From: Eledone cirrhosa
Taxonomy: Eukaryota
Length of the DNA stretch: 64,000 bases
NCBI GenBank assembly: GCA_964016885.1
Contig: OZ024750.1
Coordinates: 37,882,001-37,946,000, forward strand
Reading direction: 5' to 3'
The notes under the pieces are model-generated. The model saw nothing but the letters and a program-made list of their open reading frames with translations, was not told the DNA's origin and did not search any database. Every line of letters starts with the position of its first letter. The first letter of the stretch is position 1. Shown piece after piece: positions 15,601-31,080 of this stretch. Both the position numbers and the translations under genes were made by a program.

Positions 15601-18600
15601 TAACCTGTACACTGTATGTGATGTACCATGAAGCTATAGCTAACCTATACACTGTATGTGATGTACCATGAAACTATGACTAACCTGTACACTGTAAGTG
15701 ATGTACCATGAAGCTATGGCTAACCTGTACACTGTATGTGATGTAACATGAAGCTATAGCTAACCTGTAAACTGTATGTGATGTACCATGAAGCTATGAC
15801 TAACCTGTACACTGTATGTGATGTACCATGAAGCTATGACTAACCTGTACACTGTATGTGATGTACCATGAAGCTATGGCTAACCTGTACACTGTATGTG
15901 ATGTACCATGAAGCTATGGCTAACCTGTACACTGTATGTGATGTAACATGAAGCTATAGCTAACCTGTACACTGTATGTGATGTACCATGAAGCTATGAC
16001 TAACCTGTACACTGTATGTGATGTACCATGAAGCTATAGCTAACCTATACACTGTATGTGATGTACCATGAAACTATGACTAACCTATACACTGTATGTG
16101 ATGTACCATGAAGCTATGACTAACCTGTACACTGTATGTGATGTACCATGAAGCTATGGCTAACCTGTACACTGTATGTGATGTACCAAGAAGCTATGAC
16201 TAACCTGTACACTGTATATGATGTACCATGAAGCTATGACTAACCTTTACACTGTATGTGATGTACCATGAAGCTATGGCTAACATGTACACTGTATGTG
16301 ATGTACCATGAAGCTATGACTAACCTGTACACTGTATGTGATGTACCATGAAGCTATGGCTAACCTGTACACTGTATGTGATGTACCATGAAGCTATGAC
16401 TAACCTGTACACTGTATGTGATGTTCCATGAAGCTATGACTAACCTGTACACTGTATGTGATGTACCATGAAGCTATGGCTAACCTGTACACTGTATGTG
16501 ATGTAGCATGAAGCTATGACTAACCTGTACACTGTATATGATGTAACATGAAGCTATGACTAACATGTACACTGTATGCGAAGTACCATGAAGCTATGAC
16601 TAACCTGTACACTGTATGTGATGTACCATGAAGCTATGACTAACCTGTACACTGTATGTGATGTACCATGAAGCTATGACTAACCTGTACACTGTATGTG
16701 ATGTACCATGAAGCTATGACTAACCTATACACTGTATGTGTTGTACCATGTAGCTATGACTAATCTATACACTGTATGTGATGTACCATGAAGCTATGGC
16801 TAACCTGTACACTGTATGTGATGTACCATGAAGCTATGGCTAACCTGTACACTGTATGTGATGTACCATGAAGTTATGACTAACATGTACACTGTATGTG
16901 ATGTACCATGAAGCTATGACTAACCTGTACACTGTATGTGATGTACCATGAATCTATGGCTAAACTGTACACTGTATATGATGTACCGTGAAGCTATGAC
17001 TAACCTATACACTCTATATGATGTACCATGAAGCTATGTCTAACCTGTACACCGTATGTGATGTACCATGAAGCTATGACTAACCTATACACTGTATGTG
17101 ATGTACCATGAAGCTATGACTAACCTGTACACTGTATGTGATGTACCATGAAGCTATTGCTAACCTGTACACTGTATGTGATGTACCATGAAGCTATGGC
17201 TAACCTGTACAGTGTATGTTATGTACCATGAAGTTATAGCTAACCTGTACACTGTATGTGATGTACTATGAAGCTATGACTAATCTGTACACTGTATGTG
17301 ATGTACCATGAAGCTATGACTAATCTGTACACTGTATGTGATGTAACATGAAGCTATAGCTAACCTGTACACTGTATGTGATGTACCATGAAGCTATGAC
17401 TAACCTGTACACTGTATGTGATGTACCATGAAGCTATAGCTAACCTGTACACTGTATGTGATGTACCATGAAGTTATAGCTAACCTGTACACTGTATGTG
17501 ATGTACCATGAAGCTATGACTAATCTGTACACTGTATGTGATGTACCATGAAGCTATAGCTAACCCGTACACTGTATGTGATGTACCATGAAGCTATGAC
17601 TAACCTGTACACTGTATGTGATGTACCATGAAGCTATGACTAACCTGTACACTGTATGTGATGTAACATGAAGCTATGGCTAACCTGTACACTGTATTTG
17701 ATGTACCATGAAGCTATAGCTAACCTATACACTGTATGTGATGTACCATGAAGCTATGACTAACTTGTACACTGTATGTGATGTACCATGAAGCTATGAC
17801 TAATCTATACACTCTATGTGATGTACCATGAAGCTATGACTAACCTGTACACTGAATGTGATGTACCATGAAGCTATGACTAACATGTACACTGTATGTG
17901 ATGTACCATGAAGCTATGACTAACCTGTACACTGTATGTGATGTACCATGAAGCTATGCTAACCTGTACACTGTATGTGATGTAGCATGAAGCTATGGCT
18001 AACCTGTACAATGTATGTGATGTACCATGAAGCTATGACTAACCTATACACTGTATGTGATGTACCATGAAGCTATGACTAACCTGTACACTGTATGTGA
18101 TGTACCATGAAGCTATGGCTAACCTGTACACTGTATGTGATGTACCATGAACCTATGACTAACCTGTACACTGTATGTGATGTACCATGAAGCTATGGCT
18201 AACCTGCACACTGTATGTGATGTACCATGAAGCTATCACTAATCTGTACACTGTATGTGATGTACCATGAAGCTATGGCTAACCTGTACACTGTATGTGA
18301 TGTACCATGAAGCTATGACTAACCTGTACACTATATGTGATGTACCATGAAGCTATGGCTAACCTGTACACTGTATGTGATGTACCATGAACCTATGACT
18401 AACCTGTACACTGTATGTGATGTACCATGAAGCTATGGCTAACCTGTACACTGTATGTGATGTACCATGAACCTATGACTAACCTGTACACTGTATGTGA
18501 TGTACCATGAAGCTATGGCTAACCTGTACACTGTATGTGATGTACCATGAAGCTATGACTAACCTGTACACTGTATGTGATGTAACGTGAAGCTATAGCT

Positions 18601-19719
18601 AACCTGTACACTGTATGTGATGTACCATGAAGCTATGACTAACCTGTACACTGTATGTGATGTACCATGAAGCTATAGCTAACCTATACACTGTATGTGA
18701 TGTACCATGAAACTATGACTAACCTGTACACTGTATGTGATGTACCATGAAGCTATGACTAACCTGTACACTGTATGTGATGTTCCATGAAGCTATGACT
18801 AACCTGTACACTGTATGTGATGTACCATGAAGCTATGGCTAACCTGTACACTGTATGTGATGTAGCATGAATCTATGACTAACCTGTACACTGTATATGA
18901 TGTAACATGAAGCTATGACTAACATGTACACTGTATGCGAAGTACCATGAAGCTATGACTAACCTGTACACTGTATGTGATGTACCATGAAGCTATGACT
19001 AACCTGTACACTGTATGTGATGTACCATGAAGCTATGACTAACCTGTACACTGTATGTGATGTACCATGAAGCTATGACTAACCTATACACTGTATGTGT
19101 TGTACCATGTAGCTATGACTAATCTATACACTGTATGTGATGTACCATGAAGCTATGGCTAACCTGTACACTGTATGTGATGTACCATGAAGCTATGGCT
19201 AACCTGTACACTGTATGTGATGTACCATGAAGTTATGACTAACATGTACACTGTATGTGATGTACCATGAAGCTATGACTAACCTGTACACTGTATGTGA
19301 TGTACCATGAATCTATGGCTAAACTGTACACTGTATGTGATGTACCGTGAAGCTATGACTAACCTATACACTCTATATGATGTACCATGAAGCTATGTCT
19401 AACCTGTACACCGTATGTGATGTACCATGAAGCTATGACTAACCTATACACTGTATGTGATGTACCATGAAGCTATGACTAACCTGTACACTGTATGTTA
19501 TGTACCATGAAGTTATAGCTAACCTGTACACTGTATGTGATGTACTATGAAGCTATGACTAATCTGTACACTGTATGTGATGTACCATGAAGCTATGACT
19601 AATCTGTACACTGTATGTGATGTAACATGAAGCTATAGCTAACCTGTACACTGTATGTGATGTACCATGAAGCTATGACTAACCTGTACACTGTATGTGA
19701 TGTACCATGAAGCTATAGC

Positions 19720-22700
19720 TAACCTGTACACTGTATGTGATGTACCATGAAGTTATAGCTAACCTGTACACTGTATGTGATGTACCATGAAGCTATGACT
19801 AATCTGTACACTGTATGTGATGTACCATGAAGCTATAGCTAACCCGTACACTGTATGTGATGTACCATGAAGCTATGACTAACCTGTACACTGTATGTGA
19901 TGTACCATGAAGCTATGACTAACCTGTACACTGTATGTGATGTAACATGAAGCTATGGCTAACCTGTACACTGTATTTGATGTACCATGAAGCTATAGCT
20001 AACCTATACACTGTATGTGATGTACCATGAAGCTATGACTAACTTGTACACTGTATGTGATGTACCATGAAGCTATGACTAACCTATACACTCTATGTGA
20101 TGTACCATGAAGCTATGACTAACCTGTACACTGAATGTGATGTACCATGAAGCTATGACTAACATGTACACTGTATGTGATGTACCATGAAGCTATGACT
20201 AACCTGTACACTGTATGTGATGTACCATGAAGCTATGCTAACCTGTACACTGTATGTGATGTAGCATGAAGCTATGGCTAACCTGTACAATGTATGTGAT
20301 GTACCATGAAGCTATGATTAACCTATACACTCTATGTGATGTACCATGAAGCTATGTCTAACCTGTACACCGTATGTGATGTACCATGAAGCTATGACTA
20401 ACCTATACACTGTATGTGATGTACCATGAAGCTATGACTAACCTGTACACTGTATGTGATGTACCATGAAGCTATGACTAACCTATACACTGTATGTGAT
20501 GTACCATGCAGCTATGACTAACCTGTACACTGTATGTGATGTACCATGAAGCTATGACTAACCTATACACTGTATGTGATGTACCATGAAGCTATAGCTA
20601 ACCTATACACTGTATGTGATGTACCATGAAGTTATAGCTAACCTGTACACTGTATGTGATGTACCATGAAGCTATGACTAATCTGTACACTGTATGTGAT
20701 GTACCATGAAGCTATGACTAATCTATACACTGTATGTGATGTACCATGAAGCTATGGCTAACCTGTACACTGTATGTGATGTACCATGAAGCTATGGCTA
20801 ACCTGTACACTGTATGTGATGTAACATGAAGCTATAGCTAACCTGTACACTGTATGTGATGTTCCATGAAGCTATGACTAACCTGTACACTGTATGTGAT
20901 GTACCATGAAGCTATGACTAACCTATACACTGTATGTGTTGTACCATGTAGCTATGACTAATCTATACACTGTATGTGATGTACCATGAAGCTATGGCTA
21001 ACCTGTACACTGTATGTGATGTACCATGAAGTTATGACTAACATGTACACTGTATGTGATGTACCATGAAGCTATGACTAACCTGTACACTGTATGTGAT
21101 GTACCATGAATCTATGGCTAACCTGTACACTGTATGTGATGTACCGTGAAGCTATGACTAACCTATACACTCTATGTGATGTACCATGAAGCTATGTCTA
21201 ACCTGTACACCGTATGTGATGTACCATGAAGCTATGACTAACCTATACACTGTATGTGATGTACCATGAAGCTATGACTAACCTGTACACTGTATGTGAT
21301 GTACCATGAAGCTATGACTAACCTATACACTGTATGTGATGTACCATGCAGCTATGACTAACCTGTAGACTGTATGTGATGTACCATGAAGCTATGACTA
21401 ACCTATACACTGTATGTGATGTACCATGAAGCTATAGCTAACCTATACACTGTATGTGATGTACCATGAAGTTATAGCTAACCTGTACACTGTATGTGAT
21501 GTACCATGAAGCTATGACTCATCTGTACACTGTATGTGATGTACCATGAAGCTATAGCTAACCGGTACACTGTATGTGATGTACCATGAAGCTATGACTA
21601 ACCTGTACACTGTATGTGATGTACCATGAAGCTATGACTAACCTGTACACTGTATGTGATGTAACATGAAGCTATAGCTAACCTGTACACTGTATGTGAT
21701 GTACCATGAAGCTATGACTAACCTGTACACTGTATGTGATGTACCATGAAGCTATAGCTAACCTATACACTGTATGTGATGTACCATGAAACTATGACTA
21801 ACCTGTACACTGTATGTGATGTACCATGAAGCTATGGCTAACCTGTACACTGTATGTGATGTAACCTGAAGCTATAGCTAACCTGTACACTGTATGTGAT
21901 GTACCATGAAGCTATGACTAACCTGTACACTGTATGTGATGTACCATGAAGCTATGACTAACCTGTACACTGTATGTGATGTACCATGAAGCTATGGCTA
22001 ACCTGTACACTGTATGTGATGTACCATGAAGCTATGGCTAACCTGTACACTGTATATGATGTACCATGAAGCTATGACTAACCTTTACACTGTATGTGAT
22101 GTACCATGAAGCTATGGCTAACATGTACACTGTATGTGATGTACCATGAAGCTATGACTAACCTGTACATTGTATGTGATGTACCATGAAGCTATGGCTA
22201 ACCTGTACACTGTATGTGATGTACCATGAAGCTATGACTAACCTGTACACTGTATGTGATGTTCCATGAAGCTATGACTAACCTGTATACTGTATGTGAT
22301 GTACCATGAAGCTATGGCTAACCTGTACACTGTATGTGATGTACCATGAAGCTATGACTAACCTGTACACTGTATATATTGTACCATGAAGCTATGACTA
22401 ACATGTACACTCTATGCGATGTACCATGAAGCTATGACTAACCTGTACACTGTATGTGATGTACCATGAAGCTATGACGAACCTGTACACTGTATGTGAT
22501 GTACCATGAAGTTATGACTAACATGTACACTGTATGTGATGTACCATGCAGCTATGACTAACCTGTACACTGTATGTGATGTACCATGAATCTATGGCTA
22601 ACCTGTACACTGTATGTGATGTACCGTGAAGCTATGACTAACCTATACACTCTATGTGATGTACCATGAAGCTATGTCTAACCTGTACACCGTATGTGAT

Positions 22701-25700
22701 GTACCATGAAGCTATGACTAACCTATACACTGTATGTGATGTACCATGAAGCTATGACTAACCTGTACACTGTATGTGATGTACCATGAAGCTATGACTA
22801 ACCTATACACTGTATGTGATGTACCATGCAGCTATGACTAACCTGTACACTGTATGTGATGTACCATGAAGCTATGACTAACCTATACACTGTATGTGAT
22901 GTACCATGAAGCTATAGCTAACCTATACACTGTATGTGATGTACCATGAAGTTATAGCTAACCTGTACACTGTATGTGATGTACCATGAAGCTATGACTA
23001 ATCTGTACACTGTATGTGATGTACCATGAAGCTATGACTAATCTATACACTGTATGTGATGTACCATGAAGCTATGGCTAACCTGTACACTGTATGTGAT
23101 GTACCATGAAGCTATGACTAACCTATACACTGTATGTGATGTACCATGAAGCTATGACTAACCTGTACACTGTATGTGATGTACCATGAAGCTATGGCTA
23201 ACCTGTACACTGTATGTGATGTACCATGAAGCTATGACTAACCTGTACACTGTATGTGATGTACCATGAAGCTATGGCTAACCTGTACACTGTATGTGAT
23301 GTACCATGAAGCTATGACTAATCTGTACACTGTATGTGATGTACCATGAAGCTATAGCTAACCCGTACACTGTATGTGATGTACCATGAAGCTATGATTA
23401 ACCTGTACACTGTATGTGATGTACCATGAAGCTATGACTAACCTGTACACTGTATGTGATGTAACATGAAGCTATAGCTAACCTGTACACTGTATGTGAT
23501 GTACCATGAAGCTATGACTAACCTGTACACTGTATGTGATGTACCATGAAGCTATAGCTAACCTATACACTGTATGTGATGTACCATGAAACTATGACTA
23601 ACCTGTACACTGTATGTGATGTACCATGAAGCTATGACTAACCTGTACACTGTATGTGATGTACCATGAAGCTATGGCTAACCTGTACACTGTATGTGAT
23701 GTACCATGAAGCTATGACTAATCTGTACACTGTATGTGATGTACCATGAAGCTATAGCTAACCCGTACACTGTATGTGATGTACCATGAAGCTATGATTA
23801 ACCTGTACACTGTATGTGATGTACCATGAAGCTATGACTAACCTGTACACTGTATGTGATGTAACATGAAGCTATAGCTAACCTGTACACTGTATGTGAT
23901 GTACCATGAAGCTATGACTAACCTGTACACTGTATGTGATGTACCATGAAGCTATAGCTAACCTATACACTGTATGTGATGTACCATGAAACTATGACTA
24001 ACCTGTACACTGTATGTGATGTACCATGAAGCTATGACTAACCTGTACACTGTATGTGATGTACCATGAAGCTATAGCTAACCTATACACTGTATGTGAT
24101 GTACCATGAAACTATGACTAACCTATACACTGTATGTGATGTACCATGAAGCTATGACTAACCTGTACACTGTATGTGATGTACCATGAAGCTATGGCTA
24201 ACCTGTACACTGTATGTGATGTACCAAGAAGCTATGACTAACCTGTACACTGTATATGATGTACCATGAAGCTATGACTAACCTTTACACTGTATGTGAT
24301 GTACCATGAAGCTATGGCTAACATGTACACTGTATGTGATGTACCATGAAGCTATGACTAACCTGTACACTGTATGTGATGTACCATGAAGCTATGGCTA
24401 ACCTGTACACTGTATGTGATGTACCATGAAGCTATGACTAACCTGTACACTGTATGTGATGTTCCATGAAGCTATGACTAACCTGTACACTGTATGTGAT
24501 GTACCATGAAGCTATGGCTAACCTGTACACTGTATGTGATGTAGCATGAAGCTATGACTAACCTGTACACTGTATATGATGTAACATGAAGCTATGACTA
24601 ACATGTACACTGTATGCGAAGTACCATGAAGCTATGACTAACCTGTACACTGTATGTGATGTACCATGAAGCTATGACTAACCTGTACACTGTATGTGAT
24701 GTACCATGAAGCTATGACTAACCTGTACACTGTATGTGATGTACCATGAAGCTATGACTAACCTATACACTGTATGTGTTGTACCATGTAGCTATGACTA
24801 ATCTATACACTGTATGTGATGTACCATGAAGCTATGGCTAACCTGTACACTGTATGTGATGTACCATGAAGCTATGGCTAACCTGTACACTGTATGTGAT
24901 GTACCATGAAGTTATGACTAACATGTACACTGTATGTGATGTACCATGAAGCTATGACTAACCTGCACACTGTATGTGATGTACCATGAAACTATGGCTA
25001 AACTGTACACTGTATGTGATGTACCGTGAAGCTATGACTAACCTATACACTCTATATGATGTACCATGAAGCTATGTCTAACCTGTACACCGTATGTGAT
25101 GTACCATGAAGCTATGACTAACCTATACACTGTATGTGATGTACCATGAAGCTATGACTAACCTGTACACTGTATGTGATGTACCATGAAGCTATTGCTA
25201 ACCTGTACACTGTATGTGATGTACCATGAAGCTATGGCTAACCTGTACACTGTATGTTATGTACCATGAAGTTATAGCTAACCTGTACACTGTATGTGAT
25301 GTACTATGAAGCTATGACTAATCTGTACACTGTATGTGATGTACCATGAAGCTATGACTAATCTGTACACTGTATGTGATGTAACATGAAGCTATAGCTA
25401 ACCTGTACACTGTATGTGATGTACCATGAAGTTATAGCTAACCTGTACACTGTATGTGATGTACCATGAAGCTATGACTAATCTGTACACTGTATGTGAT
25501 GTACCATGAAGCTATAGCTAACCCGTACACTGTATGTGATGTACCATGAAGCTATGACTAACCTGTACACTGTATGTGATGTACCATGAAGCTATGACTA
25601 ACCTGTACACTGTATGTGATGTAACATGAAGCTATGGCTAACCTGTACACTGTATTTGATGTACCATGAAGCTATAGCTAACCTATACACTGTATGTGAT

Positions 25701-28700
25701 GTACCATGAAGCTATGACTAACTTGTACACTGTATGTGATGTACCATGAAGCTATGACTAACCTATACACTCTATGTGATGTACCATGAAGCTATGACTA
25801 ACCTGTACACTGAATGTGATGTACCATGAAGCTATGACTAACATGTACACTGTATGTGATGTACCATGAAGCTATGACTAACCTGTACACTGTATGTGAT
25901 GTACCATGAAGCTATGCTAACCTGTACACTGTATGTGATGTAGCATGAAGCTATGGCTAACCTGTACAATGTATGTGATGTACCATGAAGCTATGATTAA
26001 CCTATACACTCTATGTGATGTACCATGAAGCTATGTCTAACCTGTACACCGTATGTGATGTACCATGAAGCTATGACTAACCTATACACTGTATGTGATG
26101 TACCATGAAGCTATGACTAACCTGTACACTGTATGTGATGTACCATGAAGCTATGACTAACCTATACACTGTATGTGATGTACCATGCAGCTATGACTAA
26201 CCTGTACACTGTATGTGATGTACCATGAAGCTATGACTAACCTATACACTGTATGTGATGTACCATGAAGCTATAGCTAACCTATACACTGTATGTGATG
26301 TACCATGAAGTTATAGCTAACCTGTACACTGTATGTGATGTACCATGAAGCTATGACTAATCTGTACACTGTATGTGATGTACCATGAAGCTATGACTAA
26401 TCTATACACTGTATGTGATGTACCATGAAGCTATGGCTAACCTGTACACTGTATGTGATGTACCATGAAGCTATGGCTAACCTGTACACTGTATGTGATG
26501 TAACATGAAGCTATAGCTAACCTGTACACTGTATGTGATGTTCCATGAAGCTATGACTAACCTGTACACTGTATGTGATGTACCATGAAGCTATGACTAA
26601 CCTATACACTGTATGTGTTGTACCATGTAGCTATGACTAATCTATACACTGTATGTGATGTACCATGAAGCTATGGCTAACCTGTACACTGTATGTGATG
26701 TACCATGAAGTTATGACTAACATGTACACTGTATGTGATGTACCATGAAGCTATGACTAACCTGTACACTGTATGTGATGTACCATGAATCTATGGCTAA
26801 CCTGTACACTGTATGTGATGTACCGTGAAGCTATGACTAACCTATACACTCTATGTGATGTACCATGAAGCTATGTCTAACCTGTACACCGTATGTGATG
26901 TACCATGAAGCTATGACTAACCTATACACTGTATGTGATGTACCATGAAGCTATGACTAACCTGTACACTGTATGTGATGTACCATGAAGCTATGACTAA
27001 CCTATACACTGTATGTGATGTACCATGCAGCTATGACTAACCTGTACACTGTATGTGATGTACCATGAAGCTATGACTAACCTATACACTGTATGTGATG
27101 TACCATGAAGCTATAGCTAACCTATACACTGTATGTGATGTACCATGAAGTTATAGCTAACCTGTACACTGTATGTGATGTACCATGAAGCTATGACTCA
27201 TCTGTACACTGTATGTGATGTACCATGAAGCTATAGCTAACCGGTACACTGTATGTGATGTACCATGAAGCTATGACTAACCTGTACACTGTATGTGATG
27301 TACCATGAAGCTATGACTAACCTGTACACTGTATGTGATGTAACATGAAGCTATAGCTAACCTGTACACTGTATGTGATGTACCATGAAGCTATGACTAA
27401 CCTGTACACTGTATGTGATGTACCATGAAGCTATAGCTAACCTATACACTGTATGTGATGTACCATGAAACTATGACTAACCTGTACACTGTATGTGATG
27501 TACCATGAAGCTATGGCTAACCTGTACACTGTATGTGATGTAACCTGAAGCTATAGCTAACCTGTACACTGTATGTGATGTACCATGAAGCTATGACTAA
27601 CCTGTACACTGTTTGTGATGTACCATGAAGCTATGACTAACCTGTACACTGTATGTGATGTACCATGAAGCTATGGCTAACCTGTACACTGTATGTGATG
27701 TACCATGAAGCTATGGCTAACCTGTACACTGTATATGATGTACCATGAAGCTATGACTAACCTTTACACTGTATGTGATGTACCATGAAGCTATGGCTAA
27801 CATGTACACTGTATGTGATGTACCATGAAGCTATGACTAACCTGTACATTGTATGTGATGTACCATGAAGCTATGGCTAACCTGTACACTGTATGTGATG
27901 TACCATGAAGCTATGACTAACCTGTACACTGTATGTGATGTTCCATGAAGCTATGACTAACCTGTATACTGTATGTGATGTACCATGAAGCTATGGCTAA
28001 CCTGTACACTGTATGTGATGTACCATGAAGCTATGACTAACCTGTACACTGTATATATTGTACCATGAAGCTATGACTAACATGTACACTCTATGCGATG
28101 TACCATGAAGCTATGACTAACCTGTACACTGTATGTGATGTACCATGAAGCTATGACGAACCTGTACACTGTATGTGATGTACCATGAAGTTATGACTAA
28201 CATGTACACTGTATGTGATGTACCATGCAGCTATGACTAACCTGTACACTGTATGTGATGTACCATGAATCTATGGCTAACCTGTACACTGTATGTGATG
28301 TACCGTGAAGCTATGACTAACCTATACACTCTATGTGATGTACCATGAAGCTATGTCTAACCTGTACACCGTATGTGATGTACCATGAAGCTATGACTAA
28401 CCTATACACTGTATGTGATGTACCATGAAGCTATGACTAACCTGTACACTGTATGTGATGTACCATGAAGCTATGACTAACCTATACACTGTATGTGATG
28501 TACCATGCAGCTATGACTAACCTGTACACTGTATGTGATGTACCATGAAGCTATGACTAACCTATACACTGTATGTGATGTACCATGAAGCTATAGCTAA
28601 CCTATACACTGTATGTGATGTACCATGAAGTTATAGCTAACCTGTACACTGTATGTGATGTACCATGAAGCTATGACTAATCTGTACACTGTATGTGATG

Positions 28701-31080
28701 TACCATGAAGCTATGACTAATCTATACACTGTATGTGATGTACCATGAAGCTATGGCTAACCTGTACACTGTATGTGATGTACCATGAAGCTATGACTAA
28801 CCTATACACTGTATGTGATGTACCATGAAGCTATGACTAACCTGTACACTGTATGTGATGTACCATGAAGCTATGGCTAACCTGTACACTGTATGTGATG
28901 TACCATGAAGCTATGACTAACCTGTACACTGTATGTGATGTACCATGAAGCTATGGCTAACCTGTACACTGTATGTGATGTACCATGAAGCTATGACTAA
29001 TCTGTAAACTGTATGTGATGTACCATGAAGCTATAGCTAACCCGTACACTGTATGTGATGTACCATGAAGCTATGATTAACCTGTACACTGTATGTGATG
29101 TACCATGAAGCTATGACTAACCTGTACACTGTATGTGATGTAACATGAAGCTATAGCTAACCTGTACACTGTATGTGATGTACCATGAAGCTATGACTAA
29201 CCTGTACACTGTATGTGATGTACCATGAAGCTATAGCTAACCTATACACTGTATGTGATGTACCATGAAACTATGACTAACCTGTACACTGTATGTGATG
29301 TACCATGAAGCTATGACTAACCTGTACACTGTATGTGATGTACCATGAAGCTATGGCTAACCTGTACACTGTATGTGATGTACCATGAAGCTATGACTAA
29401 TCTGTACACTGTATGTGATGTACCATGAAGCTATAGCTAACCCGTACACTGTATGTGATGTACCATGAAGCTATGATTAACCTGTACACTGTATGTGATG
29501 TACCATGAAGCTATGACTAACCTGTACACTGTATGTGATGTAACATGAAGCTATAGCTAACCTGTACACTGTATGTGATGTACCATGAAGCTATGACTAA
29601 CCTGTACACTGTATGTGATGTACCATGAAGCTATAGCTAACCTATACACTGTATGTGATGTACCATGAAACTATGACTAACCTGTACACTGTATGTGATG
29701 TACCATGAAGCTATGACTAACCTGTACACTGTATGTGATGTACCATGAAGCTATAGCTAACCTATACACTGTATGTGATGTACCATGAAACTATGACTAA
29801 CCTATACACTGTATGTGATGTACCATGAAGCTATGACTAACCTGTACACTGTATGTGATGTACCATGAAGCTATGGCTAACCTGTACACTGTATGTGATG
29901 TACCAAGAAGCTATGACTAACCTGTACACTGTATATGATGTACCATGAAGCTATGACTAACCTTTACACTGTATGTGATGTACCATGAAGCTATGGCTAA
30001 CATGTACACTGTATGTGATGTACCATGAAGCTATGACTAACCTGTACACTGTATGTGATGTACCATGAAGCTATGGCTAACCTGTACACTGTATGTGATG
30101 TACCATGAAGCTATGACTAACCTGTACACTGTATGTGATGTTCCATGAAGCTATGACTAACCTGTACACTGTATGTGATGTACCATGAAGCTATGGCTAA
30201 CCTGTACACTGTATGTGATGTAGCATGAAGCTATGACTAACCTGTACACTGTATATGATGTAACATGAAGCTATGACTAACATGTACACTGTATGCGAAG
30301 TACCATGAAGCTATGACTAACCTGTACACTGTATGTGATGTACCATGAAGCTATGACTAACCTGTACACTGTATGTGATGTACCATGAAGCTATGACTAA
30401 CCTGTACACTGTATGTGATGTACCATGAAGCTATGACTAACCTATACACTGTATGTGTTGTACCATGTAGCTATGACTAATCTATACACTGTATGTGATG
30501 TACCATGAAGCTATGGCTAACCTGTACACTGTATGTGATGTACCATGAAGCTATGGCTAACCTGTACACTGTATGTGATGTACCATGAAGTTATGACTAA
30601 CATGTACACTGTATGTGATGTACCATGAAGCTATGACTAACCTGCACACTGTATGTGATGTACCATGAATCTATGGCTAAACTGTACACTGTATGTGATG
30701 TACCGTGAAGCTATGACTAACCTATACACTCTATATGATGTACCATGAAGCTATGTCTAACCTGTACACCGTATGTGATGTACCATGAAGCTATGACTAA
30801 CCTATACACTGTATGTGATGTACCATGAAGCTATGACTAACCTGTACACTGTATGTGATGTACCATGAAGCTATTGCTAACCTGTACACTGTATGTGATG
30901 TACCATGAAGCTATGGCTAACCTGTACACTGTATGTTATGTACCATGAAGTTATAGCTAACCTGTACACTGTATGTGATGTACTATGAAGCTATGACTAA
31001 TCTGTACACTGTATGTGATGTACCATGAAGCTATGACTAATCTGTACACTGTATGTGATGTAACATGAAGCTATAGCTAA
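19720..31080. repeat. Tandem duplication of 5,679 bp (142 monomers): ~19720-25400 and ~25400-31080
   Basis: Offset 5,679 for the deletion monomer 20237/25916, TAACCTGAAG 21862/27541, GTATATATTG 22372/28051, CTATGACGAA 22472/28151 and CCTGCAC 24962/30641. A few private differences exist (GTAGAC ~21366, GTTTG ~27611, GTAAAC ~29004). Confidence 0.92.
23200..24040. repeat. Tandem 10-monomer (400-bp) duplication, repeated at ~28880-29720 within the 5,679-bp copy
   Basis: ACCCGTACAC 23361/23761, GCTATGATTA 23391/23791, CCCGTACACT 29041/29441. Confidence 0.85.
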
